Assembly (NCBI GenBank): GCA_039809985.1
Contig: JBDHWC010000004.1
Location: 1,405 to 65,404 of the forward strand
Length of the DNA: 64,000 bases
Source of the DNA: Thermomicrobiales bacterium
Lineage (GTDB): Bacteria; Chloroflexota; Chloroflexia; Thermomicrobiales; UBA6265
Direction: 5' to 3'
Below the pieces are notes generated by a model that worked only from the letters and a program-made list of their open reading frames with translations, was not told the origin of the DNA and did no database searches. The number at the start of each line of letters is the position of its first letter. The stretch's first letter is position 1. Made by a program: the position numbers and the translations under genes. This document shows positions 30,421-40,377 of the stretch, piece by piece.

Positions 30421-32397
30421 ATGGCGATGCAGGCATTCTCGCTGCCCGCGAAGCGCAGCCTTGGCACCTCGCCCCGGCGCGGGGCGATGCCCGCAATCCT
30501 CAGGTTCGGCCTCGTGCTGATGCTGCTGCCGACGACGCTGCTCGCGCCGCGGGCGGATGCCCAAGGCACGAGGACGGCCACCACCGCCGCGGCCGCGCCG
30601 GTCGACAGCCTGGCCTACATCGAGATCCCGCTGGACGAGCGGTCGGAGCAGTGGCAACTCGGCCGCGCCCTGATCGACCGGGCCGGATTCGGCCCGCTGC
30701 TGGACCAGGCGCTGGCGGAGGGCCTGACCGACGAGCACGGGAACCGACTCCCGCTCGACGCCGTCCTCGGCGGCGAGGCCGGGGTGGTCCTCAGCACGTC
30801 GCTCCTCTCGCAGGCGGCGGCCGAGACCGGCCTGAGCACCGACCTGAGCGATCTCTCCAGCCTGCTCGGCACGCCGGAGGCCGCCTCGGGCCGAGCGTCG
30901 GGCGCCCAGGGCTTCGCAGTCGTTCTCGACGCCCGCGCCCCGGACACCGCGTTCGCCGCGGTCACGGCGGTCGTCGGCGACCGGGCTGCCGAGAACGGCA
31001 CGACGGTGCAGACGACCGACCACGCCGGGGTGACCATCACCTCTGCCGCCGGCGGCAGCGGCGACGGGATGGCCGTCGCCCGCGTCGGCGACCACGTGCT
31101 GCTCGCTTCCGACCCGGCCGACCTCGCGGGGCCGATCGAGGCCGCGACGGGCACCACGCCGTCCTTGGCCGACGCCGCGCCGTTCCAGAAGGCGCGGCAG
31201 GTGCTGGGCGGCGACGACCTGCTCTTCGCCTTCGTCAACGGGCCGGCGGCGGCTCGGGCGGAAGGCGCGCTGGGCGCGCTTGGGCCGGCGGGCGGCACCT
31301 TGCTGCACACGGAGCGGTACTCCGCGCTGCAAGTCAAGGCCGACCAGCCAGGGCTCCGCATCGAAACGGTCGCGATGTCGGCCGACGGCACCCCGATCGC
31401 CGACGCGGCCGCGCCCTACGTTTCGGCGTTGGCCAGCAAGGCCCCCGGCGACGCGGCGCTCTTCCTGAGCGGCATGGACCTCGGCAAGACCGGTTTCCTC
31501 GACGCGCTCGGCGCGGTCGGGCTGCAGGTGATGCTCGGCACGAGCGGGCTCGGGCCGACCCCGGACGCGACCGCCGACCCGGCGGCCCAGATCGCCGCCC
31601 AGTATGCCGCGCTGGCCGGCCTGATCGGCTTCAACCCGCAGACCGACCTGATTCACCAGCTGAGCGGCGAGTACGGGCTCTGGCTGAGCGGGATGAGCGA
31701 CCCGTCCCAGCTCGGCATCCTCTTCGCGTCGGGCGTCAGCGACCCGGCGACCGTCGGCAACGTCCTCTCGCAGATCACGATTCTGGCCCAAGGGGGGGCC
31801 AGTTCGGAGGGCGGGGTGTCCACCCGACAAGTCGGCGACTCCAGCGTCACCACCGTGCCGACCGGCCCGGGCGGCCCGCCGCTGGAGTTCGGCCTAGTCG
31901 ACGGCCAGTTGGTCGTCGCCGCGGGGAGCGGCATCGACCAGTTCGTCGGCGGATCCAATCGGGCCAGCCTCGCCGACAACGCGCAGTACCAGGCCGTGAT
32001 GTCGGCGCTGCCGAGCGAGTCGAACGGTTCGCTCTACGCCGACCTGACCCAGCTCCTGCCGCTGGTCACACAGGCGGGGCAGTCGACGGCCAGCGACATC
32101 AGCGAATCGACGATCAAGGACGACAGCCCGGACTGCGCCAAGTTCTCCAGCCAGGAAGAGGCGCAGAAGGCGTACGACTCGCTGGCGGAAGGCACCTTCG
32201 ACCTCGACCGCAACTTCAACGGCATCGCCTGCGAGGACTTCTTCGCCGCTCCGGCGAGCGGTGGCAACGAGCCTGCGATGGCTGGCATCGAGGGGCTCGA
32301 CCTTTCGGCCTTGAAGGCGTTCGGCCTGGTGGCGTTCGACCAGGACGGTATGCGACGAACCTCGTCGATTCTCTACGTCGGAGAGCCCGGCTCCTGA
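30421..32397 (+). CDS. Secreted large protein (DUF3352-like) with a C-terminal Excalibur Ca-binding motif
   Basis: The signal peptide is 'MPAILRFGLVLMLLPTTLLAPRADAQG'. The C-terminus 'DCAKFSSQEEAQKAYD...DLDRNFNGIACEDFF' matches the Excalibur pattern. The start is uncertain between 30421 and the ATG of MPAILRF, about 66 nt downstream. Confidence 0.7.
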   Translation: MAMQAFSLPAKRSLGTSPRRGAMPAILRFGLVLMLLPTTLLAPRADAQGTRTATTAAAAPVDSLAYIEIPLDERSEQWQLGRALIDRAGFGPLLDQALAEGLTDEHGNRLPLDAVLGGEAGVVLSTSLLSQAAAETGLSTDLSDLSSLLGTPEAASGRASGAQGFAVVLDARAPDTAFAAVTAVVGDRAAENGTTVQTTDHAGVTITSAAGGSGDGMAVARVGDHVLLASDPADLAGPIEAATGTTPSLADAAPFQKARQVLGGDDLLFAFVNGPAAARAEGALGALGPAGGTLLHTERYSALQVKADQPGLRIETVAMSADGTPIADAAAPYVSALASKAPGDAALFLSGMDLGKTGFLDALGAVGLQVMLGTSGLGPTPDATADPAAQIAAQYAALAGLIGFNPQTDLIHQLSGEYGLWLSGMSDPSQLGILFASGVSDPATVGNVLSQITILAQGGASSEGGVSTRQVGDSSVTTVPTGPGGPPLEFGLVDGQLVVAAGSGIDQFVGGSNRASLADNAQYQAVMSALPSESNGSLYADLTQLLPLVTQAGQSTASDISESTIKDDSPDCAKFSSQEEAQKAYDSLAEGTFDLDRNFNGIACEDFFAAPASGGNEPAMAGIEGLDLSALKAFGLVAFDQDGMRRTSSILYVGEPGS

Positions 32398-32434
32398 ACG
32401 AGGCCGCGGCAACGAGAGCAAGAGGGGAGAACCC

Positions 32435-34504
32435 ATGTCGTTGACGATCCCGACCCGACACCGCCCGTTCGCCCGACTGGCGGGCCGGGCGGCGCAGGGC
32501 TTGGTGGCCGCGAGCCTCGCGTTGTCGCTCGCGGTGCCGCTGCTGCCGGCGCAGGCCCAGGCCGCCGCCGCGCCGGTGACCGCCAAGGCGGCCCCGGCCG
32601 GGACCGCGATCTTCGCCGAGCTCAACACTGACCTTGACTCGCCACAGTGGCAGCAGGCGGGCGAGCTGATGGCGCGACTCGGGGTGCCCGACGCGCTCGA
32701 CCAGGTGCGCGCCGCGGCGGTCGACACCCACGGCGAGCAGGGGATGGGCCAGCCGCCGACCCCCGCCCAGCTCGAGGCACTGCTCGGCGGCGAGATGGCG
32801 ATCGCCGTCGAGCCGGAGACGATCTCGTCGTTCGTGGAGAAGGCGCTCGACGCCCCGCTCGACGAGGACGGCGAGCCGATGCTCGAGCACCACGACCGCC
32901 CGTACGACATGCCGGGCGTGGCGGTGATCATCGCCCCGAGCAACATGGACGTTGCCTGGGGCTACGTCCAGCAGCAACTCGCGGCCTTGGCGACGCGGAA
33001 CGGCACGCAGGTCGCGTCCGTCGAGCATGACGGGGTCGTGCTCCTCTCCGTGGCCGCGCCGGAGGAGTCCGCGGCGACGCCGGTCGCCGACACGGGCGAC
33101 ATGGACCACGACGACATGATGCCGGGCGGCAGCGCGGCGGCGAAGGTGGGCGACCTGATCGTCGCCGCGACCTCGGCCGACAGCCTGCAGCCGTTCCTCG
33201 ACACGGCGACCGGGGCCGCCCCGTCGCTCGCCGATTCCGCCGAGATGCAGGACGTGCTGGCGAACCTGCCGACCTTTGAAGGGCTCGGGTTCGCGTACGC
33301 CGATTCCGCCAAGGTGTGGGACGGCTTCAGCGCCGAAACCAAGGCCGACATGAACCAGATTCTGCCGATGTACGCCAACATGGGCGACAAGGCGTGGCAG
33401 GTGCACGGTGGTGGCATCGTCTGGACCGACCAGAACGGCTTCCGGATGGACAGCATCGCGATCGGCGCGAACGGAGCCAGCCTCGCCGACTTGGTGCCGG
33501 CCAACGGCCCGATCGCGGGCGAGCAGAAGGTCGCCGACGACACCGCGGTCTTCATCGCCGGCGACGCGCCGAAGGGTTCGTGGGACAGCGCCGCGAACAG
33601 CGTCGCGGAACTGGTCAACACCGGCATGGCCGACGCCGACAGCATGATGGGCACGCCGGCCGCGGTGCCGCAACCGCCGGCGACGCTGCGCGACGTGCTG
33701 CGCCAACAGACGTCGGGCGACGCGGCGGCTCAGGCGGCCGGCGTGCTGGGCTTCAACCTGAAGGACGACTTCTTCGGCCAGTTCAGCGGGCCGTACACGA
33801 TCGCCCTCGGCCTGCCGGCCTTCGGGTCGACCGGCCTCGACTTCAACGCGGTCTTCGCCAGCAACGTCGACGACGCGGCAACGGTCGCGACCTCGGCCGA
33901 GAAGATCGCCCGCCTGATCGGCAAGCTGGGCAGCGAGGAGGGCGGCGCGGCCACGGTGAGCTCGCGTGCGGTCGGCAGTGACAAGGTCTACTCGGTGGCG
34001 GACACGTCGGGGGCGGGGATGCCGCCGATCGAGTTCGGCGTGGTCGGCCAGAGCTTCGCGATCGGCGCGGGCAAGGGGATCGACAACTTCGCCAACGGCC
34101 CGGCGACGGCGCTGGCGAGCAACCCGCGGTACCAGCAGACGATGGCGCTGCTGCCCGCCGACAAGTCGCAGGTCGTCTACGTCGACCTGAAGTCGATCGT
34201 GACGCTGGTCAACGCCTTCACCGGCGCGGGGATGGCGGCGATGCCGGACGCCGACGCGTCGTGCGCGGCGTTCTCCGACCAGGCGGCGGCGCAGGCGGCG
34301 TTCGACGCCGACCCGATGACCAACACCGCGCTCGACCAGAACTTCAACGGGGTGGTCTGCGAGGACTTCTTCGCCGCCGCCACGCCGGAGGCGAGCCCGG
34401 TCCCGAGCGGCAGTCTCGAGAACCTCGAGGCCTTCGGCTCGGTGACGTACGAGAAGGACGGCAAGATCGGATCCAGCGCGATCCTGGTCGTCGCCGGTTC
34501 GTAG
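32435..34504 (+). CDS. Paralogous secreted DUF3352-like protein with an Excalibur motif
   Basis: It has a signal peptide, shares N-terminal logic with the upstream gene ('LD..S.QWQ..G.L..R.G') and ends in 'CAAFSDQAAAQAAFD...LDQNFNGVVCEDFF'. Confidence 0.7.
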   Translation: MSLTIPTRHRPFARLAGRAAQGLVAASLALSLAVPLLPAQAQAAAAPVTAKAAPAGTAIFAELNTDLDSPQWQQAGELMARLGVPDALDQVRAAAVDTHGEQGMGQPPTPAQLEALLGGEMAIAVEPETISSFVEKALDAPLDEDGEPMLEHHDRPYDMPGVAVIIAPSNMDVAWGYVQQQLAALATRNGTQVASVEHDGVVLLSVAAPEESAATPVADTGDMDHDDMMPGGSAAAKVGDLIVAATSADSLQPFLDTATGAAPSLADSAEMQDVLANLPTFEGLGFAYADSAKVWDGFSAETKADMNQILPMYANMGDKAWQVHGGGIVWTDQNGFRMDSIAIGANGASLADLVPANGPIAGEQKVADDTAVFIAGDAPKGSWDSAANSVAELVNTGMADADSMMGTPAAVPQPPATLRDVLRQQTSGDAAAQAAGVLGFNLKDDFFGQFSGPYTIALGLPAFGSTGLDFNAVFASNVDDAATVATSAEKIARLIGKLGSEEGGAATVSSRAVGSDKVYSVADTSGAGMPPIEFGVVGQSFAIGAGKGIDNFANGPATALASNPRYQQTMALLPADKSQVVYVDLKSIVTLVNAFTGAGMAAMPDADASCAAFSDQAAAQAAFDADPMTNTALDQNFNGVVCEDFFAAATPEASPVPSGSLENLEAFGSVTYEKDGKIGSSAILVVAGS

Positions 34505-34519
34505 CCGGTTCACGCTGAC

Positions 34520-34550
34520 GACGGCCGGGGACGCGCGGTCCCCGGCCGTC
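34520..34550 (+). terminator. Hairpin terminator
   Basis: GACGGCCGGGGAC-GCGCG-GTCCCCGGCCGTC forms a perfect 13-bp stem 16 nt after the stop. Confidence 0.65.
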
Positions 34551-34711
34551 GCCTGTTCCGACACGCGACCGCAGGCGCCGAAAAGGAACCGCTGCCCGTG
34601 GCAGGACGTTAGTCAGGGTGGGCGCGGGCGGCGACGACCGCGCCCGCGCCATACTTTGCTGCCAGACGGACGACCCGGCTGCGACCAGCGCGCAACGGAG
34701 GACACCCCAGC

Positions 34712-36529
34712 ATGACGGACGGTCGGCGACCGGCGCGGCTCAGCCCGCGGGAGCGGGCGGAACTGGGCCGCTATCGGCAGGCGCTGACGGGCTTGAACCC
34801 GTCGCCGACGCGCCGCGACCTGCTGCGATGGGGCGCGCTGGCGGCGGGCGCGGTGGCGACCGCGCGGCTCGGGATCGGGCCGGGCGCGCCGGCGGTCGCC
34901 GCGCCGCTCGGGCAGGACGCGACGCCACCCGCCGGCGGGGCGTCAATCACTGTGCCGTTCGACGCCTACGGCCAGTCGGTCACGCTCGACCCGCACCGCT
35001 CCGCCGACTACGGCGGCTTCTGGGTCGTCTACCCGAACGTCTGGGCGGGGCTGCTGCGCTTCGACGAGAACGGGCGGGTTCAGCGCGACCTCGCCGAAGC
35101 CGCGATCGTGACCCCGGACGGACTCACCTACCAGTTCACGATCCGCCAGGACGCCGCCTACGCCTCCGGCAAGCCGGTGCTGGCGAGCCACTTCGTCCAA
35201 TCGTGGAACCGGGCGCTCGATCCGGCCAACCCTTCCCCGCTGGCCCATTTCTTCCAGGACGTGGAGGGGTACGACGATTGGATGAGCGGCACGCAAGGGG
35301 CGCAGCTCGGGCTCCTCGCGCCGGACGACCGCACCGTGCAGATCAAGCTGTCGCAGGCGCGCACGTTCCTGCCGTCGTACATCGCGTCGTTCGTCTGGTC
35401 GGTGATCGACCCCGACGTGCTGGCGCAGGTCGGGGAGCAGGACTTCGTCCTCAACCAAGCGGGTGCCGGGCCGTGGCAGTTCACCGAGCTGCAGACCGAC
35501 ACCCGGTTCACGATGGAGCCGAACCCGCACTACTACGGCGGCAACTCGCCGACGATCTCGCAGATCGTCTGGCCGATCTTCACCGGACCGGACGCGGCCA
35601 AGGACGCGCTCGACCTCTACCGGCAGGACCAAGCCGTCTCCGCCGACGTGCCGCTCTCGCTGCTCGAAACCGTGCAGGGGGACCAGACCCTCGCCTCGGA
35701 ACTGGTCCGCCTCGACAAGACGCCCGGCTCCGTGCGCGGGCTGGCGATGGACTTCAACCAGCCGCCGTTCAACGACGTCCGAGTGCGCCAAGCGTTCGGG
35801 CTGGCGTTCGACCGGGCCAAGTACCAGGAGATCTACCGCGACACGTGGGTGCCGACCGGCGTCTTCACGCCGCCGGTGGTGACTGCCCTCTCCGGCTACA
35901 CGCCGCCGGACCCGATGGGTTTCGATGTCGACCAGGCGCGCCAGCTGCTCGCCGACGCCGGCTTCGGCGACGGCCAGAACCTGCCGCCGATCACCATCTA
36001 CCATCCCTCCGGCGAGAGCGACGAGGAACTCGACCGGATTCGGCAGGTGCTGACCATGCTCGCCAACAACCTCGGGATCAAGCTCAGCTTCGACCGGACC
36101 AAGTCGCAGGACGAGATCGAGCAGATCCGGCAGGACAACGGCGGCCTCCAGCTGGCGATCATGTGGTGGCAGAACGTGACCGAGACGCCGCACCTGATGG
36201 ACGAGGTGCTCAACCCGGACTCGCCGTACATGCAGGGGTGGTTCAACTGGTCGCCCGACTTGCAGCCGACCGGCGACGCCGACCCGGGCGCGGACGCCAA
36301 GGCGTTCGCCGACCTGATGGCCCAGGCGGTGGTGGAGATGGACCAAGGGAAGCGCAACGCCCTCTACCAGCAGGGCGAGGCACTGGCCCTCAAGAACGCG
36401 GTCTACGTGCCGATCGCGAACTGGACCCCGATGTTCGTCCAGAAGCCGTACCTGACCGGCACCCGCCAAGGCACATGGACGGGCCGGTTCCCGGCCTTGT
36501 TCGACAAGGACGTCAACGTCGCGTCGTAG
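34712..36529 (+). CDS. ABC transporter substrate-binding protein (family 5), Tat signal
   Basis: It has 'RRDLLRWGALAAGAVATARLG' and an SBP_bac_5-like body. Confidence 0.85.
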   Translation: MTDGRRPARLSPRERAELGRYRQALTGLNPSPTRRDLLRWGALAAGAVATARLGIGPGAPAVAAPLGQDATPPAGGASITVPFDAYGQSVTLDPHRSADYGGFWVVYPNVWAGLLRFDENGRVQRDLAEAAIVTPDGLTYQFTIRQDAAYASGKPVLASHFVQSWNRALDPANPSPLAHFFQDVEGYDDWMSGTQGAQLGLLAPDDRTVQIKLSQARTFLPSYIASFVWSVIDPDVLAQVGEQDFVLNQAGAGPWQFTELQTDTRFTMEPNPHYYGGNSPTISQIVWPIFTGPDAAKDALDLYRQDQAVSADVPLSLLETVQGDQTLASELVRLDKTPGSVRGLAMDFNQPPFNDVRVRQAFGLAFDRAKYQEIYRDTWVPTGVFTPPVVTALSGYTPPDPMGFDVDQARQLLADAGFGDGQNLPPITIYHPSGESDEELDRIRQVLTMLANNLGIKLSFDRTKSQDEIEQIRQDNGGLQLAIMWWQNVTETPHLMDEVLNPDSPYMQGWFNWSPDLQPTGDADPGADAKAFADLMAQAVVEMDQGKRNALYQQGEALALKNAVYVPIANWTPMFVQKPYLTGTRQGTWTGRFPALFDKDVNVAS

Positions 36530-36569
36530 ACGGCGGCCGAGGGGACGGCGGGAAGGGCGGACCGACGGG

Positions 36570-37955
36570 GTGGGCGACGATCACGGCAGCCTGACCGAGC
36601 GTCTGGCGGCGGCGCTCAACCGGGCGCGAGCCGCGGGCATCGACGACGCCACGCGCGCGGCGGCCAAGCGGTTCGTCCTCGACACGCTCGCCTGCGCCAT
36701 GGCCGGCACGCTGACGCCGCCCGGTCGGATGCTGCTGGCGGAAGGGCGGCGTCGCGGGCCGGGGCCGGCCGACGTGCTCGCGCTCGACGGCGGGCGCGAC
36801 GACGAAACGGCGGCGCAGGTCAACGGCGGCCTTGCCCATATCGTCGAGATGGACGACCTCGACCGGGCGTCGGTGGTCCACCCGGGGTGCGTCGTGGTGC
36901 CGGCGGCGCTCGCGGTGGCCGAGGCGACGGGGGCGAGCGGCACGGCGTTCCTCGACGCCGTCGTCGTCGGCTACGAGGCGGCCCTGCGCGTCGGCGAGTC
37001 GGTCGGGCGCAGCCACTACGCCCAGTTCCACAACACGGCGACCTGCGGCCCCTACGGGTCGGCAGCGGCGGCCGCCGCGCTGCTCGGGCTGGACGACGAG
37101 CGGACGGTCTGGGCACTCGGCAACGCCGGCAGCATCGCCGGCGGTCTCTGGCAGTTCAACCGCGACGGGGCGATGACCAAGCATCTCCATGCCGGGCGGG
37201 CCGCGGCGAACGGCGTCCTCGCGGCCCGTCTCGCGGCCGACGGCTTCACCGGCGCGCGCGAGGTGCTGGAAGGGGCGCAAGGTCTGTATGCCGGCACCTC
37301 CACGGACGCGAGTCCGGAACGGGTGACGGAGGGACTGGACCGACTCGGCGGCGCGACCCCGTGGCGCATTCACGGCGTGTCGGTGAAGCCGCACGCCTCC
37401 TGCCGACACACCCACCCGGCGGTGGACGCCGCGCTCGCCTTGCGTCGGCAACTGGGGGACGGCGTGGCGGCCGCGGCCCGTGCCGTGACGGTCGAGACCT
37501 ACGGTGCGGCGCTCGCCGTCACCGACGCGCCCGACCCGCGCAATCCCTACCAGGCGAAGTTCAGCCTGCAGTACACGGTCGCGCAGGCGCTGCTGCACGG
37601 TCGGGTGGGCTTGACCGACTTCGGGCCGGAGCGGCTCGACGACCCGAACCTGCGGGCGGTGATGGGACGGGTCGGACTGTGCGTCGACCCGGAGATCGAC
37701 GCGCGGTACCCGGCAGGCTGGGGAGCGCGGGTGCGGATCGGGCTCGCGGACGGGCAGGAGCGGACGGCGCAGGTCGATGCCCCGGTTGGCGACCCCGAAG
37801 CGCCGGTGGACGAGGCGGCGATGCGGCAGAAAGTCGCGAACTTGCTGCTTGGCACGCGCTGGTCCGGCAGGGCCGACGCGATTGCCGACGAAGTGGACGG
37901 GCTCGATCGCCACGGGTCGATGGCGGGCTGGTTGGCCGGTCTACCGAGGGTGTAG
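36570..37955 (+). CDS. MmgE/PrpD family protein (2-methylcitrate dehydratase-like)
   Basis: The 461 aa ORF carries 'LDTLACAMAG', 'AHIVEMDD' and 'HPGCVVVPAALA', typical of the PrpD fold. Confidence 0.85.
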   Translation: MGDDHGSLTERLAAALNRARAAGIDDATRAAAKRFVLDTLACAMAGTLTPPGRMLLAEGRRRGPGPADVLALDGGRDDETAAQVNGGLAHIVEMDDLDRASVVHPGCVVVPAALAVAEATGASGTAFLDAVVVGYEAALRVGESVGRSHYAQFHNTATCGPYGSAAAAAALLGLDDERTVWALGNAGSIAGGLWQFNRDGAMTKHLHAGRAAANGVLAARLAADGFTGAREVLEGAQGLYAGTSTDASPERVTEGLDRLGGATPWRIHGVSVKPHASCRHTHPAVDAALALRRQLGDGVAAAARAVTVETYGAALAVTDAPDPRNPYQAKFSLQYTVAQALLHGRVGLTDFGPERLDDPNLRAVMGRVGLCVDPEIDARYPAGWGARVRIGLADGQERTAQVDAPVGDPEAPVDEAAMRQKVANLLLGTRWSGRADAIADEVDGLDRHGSMAGWLAGLPRV

Positions 37956-38006
37956 CCTCGCCAGCCGACTCCGCGGTGGGCAGGGGTCGGTCTCGACCGG
38001 GTGGCC

Positions 38007-38036
38007 GGGGCGGTTCCGCAAGCGCGGAACCGCCCC
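38007..38036. terminator. Bidirectional terminator hairpin
   Basis: GGGGCGGTTCCGC-AAGC-GCGGAACCGCCCC forms a perfect 13-bp stem between convergent genes. Confidence 0.65.
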
Positions 38037-38057
38037 GACGAGGTTCGGGGAACGACG

Positions 38058-40205
38058 CTACTTCGCCGACTCGGCGGTTGGCGCGGGGGCCGCGCTCTTG
38101 TCGCGGAGGACGGCCCAGCCGCCGGTCATGCCGGCGTCGCTGACCCCGTAGAAGGTGCGGACGCCGTCGCCGCGGTAGACGAGGTTGAACCGCCGGTCGC
38201 CGCCGCGCAGCCTGTAGCCGCGGGCGAGCCCGTGGTCGCCGCGCCACTTGACCGACGCCGGGTCGATCTCGCCCTCCTCGTACTGGGTGATGGCGGACCG
38301 GAGCAGGCGGCGCTCCGTGTCTCGGGTGACGTTCGAGATCAGCTTGTGGTACCGGAGGTCGCGGATCGTGTAGTAGGTCGTCCCGTCCTGCTCGAACGAG
38401 TCGATCACCTCGATCCCGGTGGTCGGCGCGATCGGGTCGGGCTCGACCGGCTCCTCCGTCACCTCGAGGCCGACCGGCGCGCTGGCGGGCACCGGGGTCG
38501 ACGACTCGGGGCTCGGGCTCGCCTTGGCGGCGGGCTGGTGCCGGTGCTTGTTCCCGCCGGAGCGGGCCGGGGCCGGCTCCGCTGCCGGAACGGTGGGCAC
38601 CGCTGGGGTGGTCACCTCGACCGGGGTCGAGATCAGCACTTCGACGGGGGCGGCCCTTGGCACCGCGAGGTCGCCGCGCACCATCGCCACGATCTCGTCC
38701 CGAGAGGCCGGCTCGGATTCGGCGCCGCGGCGGACGAAGATCGAACCGGCGAGGGTGTATGGGCGCTCGCTGCCGCGCGGGACGTCGACCCGCAGCACGG
38801 TCTTGTCGCCCGAGACGAGCGGGGTGATCTCGACCGGCAGCGCCGGGGAGAGGCCTTCGGCGAGTCCCTGCCGGATGTCCTGCTCGGCGGCGGCGGCGTC
38901 GGGCACCCCGGCGATCGCCCGCTTCTCGGAGGCGTTCGCTCCGACGTAGACCGTGCCGCCCGATGAGTTGGCCATCGCGGCGATGTCGCGCAGGGCGAGC
39001 GCGAGGCCCGTCCCGGCCCGGCGGGAGGCGATGCTCTCGTGGAACGCGAGAACGTCGCCGGGGCCGTCGAGCCGCGCGGCCTTGACCGGGTCGTCCGGCA
39101 CCGGGGAGAACGGTCGCGTCCGCTCGAAGTCGTCGCCGCGGAAGAGGTCGCGGATCGCCGCGAACGACACCTCCGGCAGAAGCATCTCGGTCGGCCGGTC
39201 GCCGATCCCGAGGTTCGACTCGCGGTCCGGGTCGCGCTCGAGCCGGTGGGCGTCCGAGCCTTGGATGCAGTGCATCCGGCGCGGGTACTCCGGCTTCGTG
39301 CCGTTGAAGAAGCGAGCGGTCGAGCGCCGGTGCGGGCCGAGCGCGAGATCGGTCACCTCCAGCGCGGCCAGCCGCGGATCCTGCGTGTAGGCGATCTTCG
39401 TCTGGCCGCCGAAGCGCAACCCCTGCATGGCGACGCCGTGCGTGGAGTTGACGTGCGCGCCGATGACGATCGCGCCGTGGTCCGCGAGCAGTTCGTAGGC
39501 GCGGAGGACGTCAGAGGTCGCGCCCACCTCGCCGCTGCCGAACCGCTCCTCCGGCACGCCGAGGGTGAGCAGCAGGTGCTCCATCTTCCGGACCGAGGTG
39601 CCGGCGGGGAAGATCGCCAGAACGTGGAACCCGAACTGCGCCGTGAACTCGAAGCCGGGCAGCAAGAGCACCGTGGCGAGCAGCCGACGGTACTCCTGCA
39701 GGCGTTCGGCCTCGGCCGGCTCGATCCGCTTCAGGTCCTCGAGCAGTTCCAGGTCCTCGATCTCGCGCCAGAGGTCGGCATAGCCGCGGACCGAGTTGTG
39801 GTCGGTGAAGGCGATGACGTCGAGGCCGCGCTCCTCGGCCCGGCGCAGGATGTCGAGGTAGGAGACACCCGGTTGCTGGTAGTCGACGGAGCCGGGCGTG
39901 TGGATGTGGAGATCGGCCCTGCGCCAAGCGAGGCCGGTCGCCGGATTGTCGGGCTCGGAGGCGACTGGGAGGTCGCTCCGGCCGTTGGTGGGCGTCGTCA
40001 CGGACGAGCGCGTCGCCGTTGGGGCCGTGGCGTCGGTCGCCGGCGGCACCCGCGTCGCAGCGCTCCCGCGACGAGGGCGTGTGGATGGGATTGGGGACTC
40101 CTTTCGCGATCGGGGCCGCAAGCGGCACTCCGCCGAACGGAACGCAAGTCGTTCCGTCGCTAGGAAAGTATATGCTGCGGTGGCAAGCCCTTGTCCCTGC
40201 GGCAC
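38058..40205 (-). CDS. Multidomain protein: PHP phosphoesterase domain, AlbA_2 (Schlafen-type) nucleic-acid-binding domain and an unassigned C-terminal domain
   Basis: The PHP domain shows 'ADLHIHTPGS...VIAFTDHNS...GFEF...IGAHVNS...IQGSDAH'. The AlbA_2-like part shows 'LAFHESIASR...IAAMANSSGGTVYVG...LRVDVPRGSERPY'. A Pro/Ala linker follows, then ~115 aa with 'YYTIRDLRYHK...WRGDHGLARGYRL'. The start is uncertain: GTG 40205 or GTG 40001. Confidence 0.6.
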   Translation of the reverse strand: MPQGQGLATAAYTFLATERLAFRSAECRLRPRSRKESPIPSTRPRRGSAATRVPPATDATAPTATRSSVTTPTNGRSDLPVASEPDNPATGLAWRRADLHIHTPGSVDYQQPGVSYLDILRRAEERGLDVIAFTDHNSVRGYADLWREIEDLELLEDLKRIEPAEAERLQEYRRLLATVLLLPGFEFTAQFGFHVLAIFPAGTSVRKMEHLLLTLGVPEERFGSGEVGATSDVLRAYELLADHGAIVIGAHVNSTHGVAMQGLRFGGQTKIAYTQDPRLAALEVTDLALGPHRRSTARFFNGTKPEYPRRMHCIQGSDAHRLERDPDRESNLGIGDRPTEMLLPEVSFAAIRDLFRGDDFERTRPFSPVPDDPVKAARLDGPGDVLAFHESIASRRAGTGLALALRDIAAMANSSGGTVYVGANASEKRAIAGVPDAAAAEQDIRQGLAEGLSPALPVEITPLVSGDKTVLRVDVPRGSERPYTLAGSIFVRRGAESEPASRDEIVAMVRGDLAVPRAAPVEVLISTPVEVTTPAVPTVPAAEPAPARSGGNKHRHQPAAKASPSPESSTPVPASAPVGLEVTEEPVEPDPIAPTTGIEVIDSFEQDGTTYYTIRDLRYHKLISNVTRDTERRLLRSAITQYEEGEIDPASVKWRGDHGLARGYRLRGGDRRFNLVYRGDGVRTFYGVSDAGMTGGWAVLRDKSAAPAPTAESAK

Positions 40206-40377
40206 ATTCGGATCGGGACGATCGGGAAACCGACAGGACGGGGGTTGGCGTACACTCGGGCGAGGGGTTCGGGACCGCCGTGCCTAGGGTTGGGGTGCGT
40301 GCTGCGCGTCCTGGCCTGACCCGGGGACGCTGCGGGAACGTCGGGAGCCACAGCTCGTGCAGATTCCGCAGTTCGAG

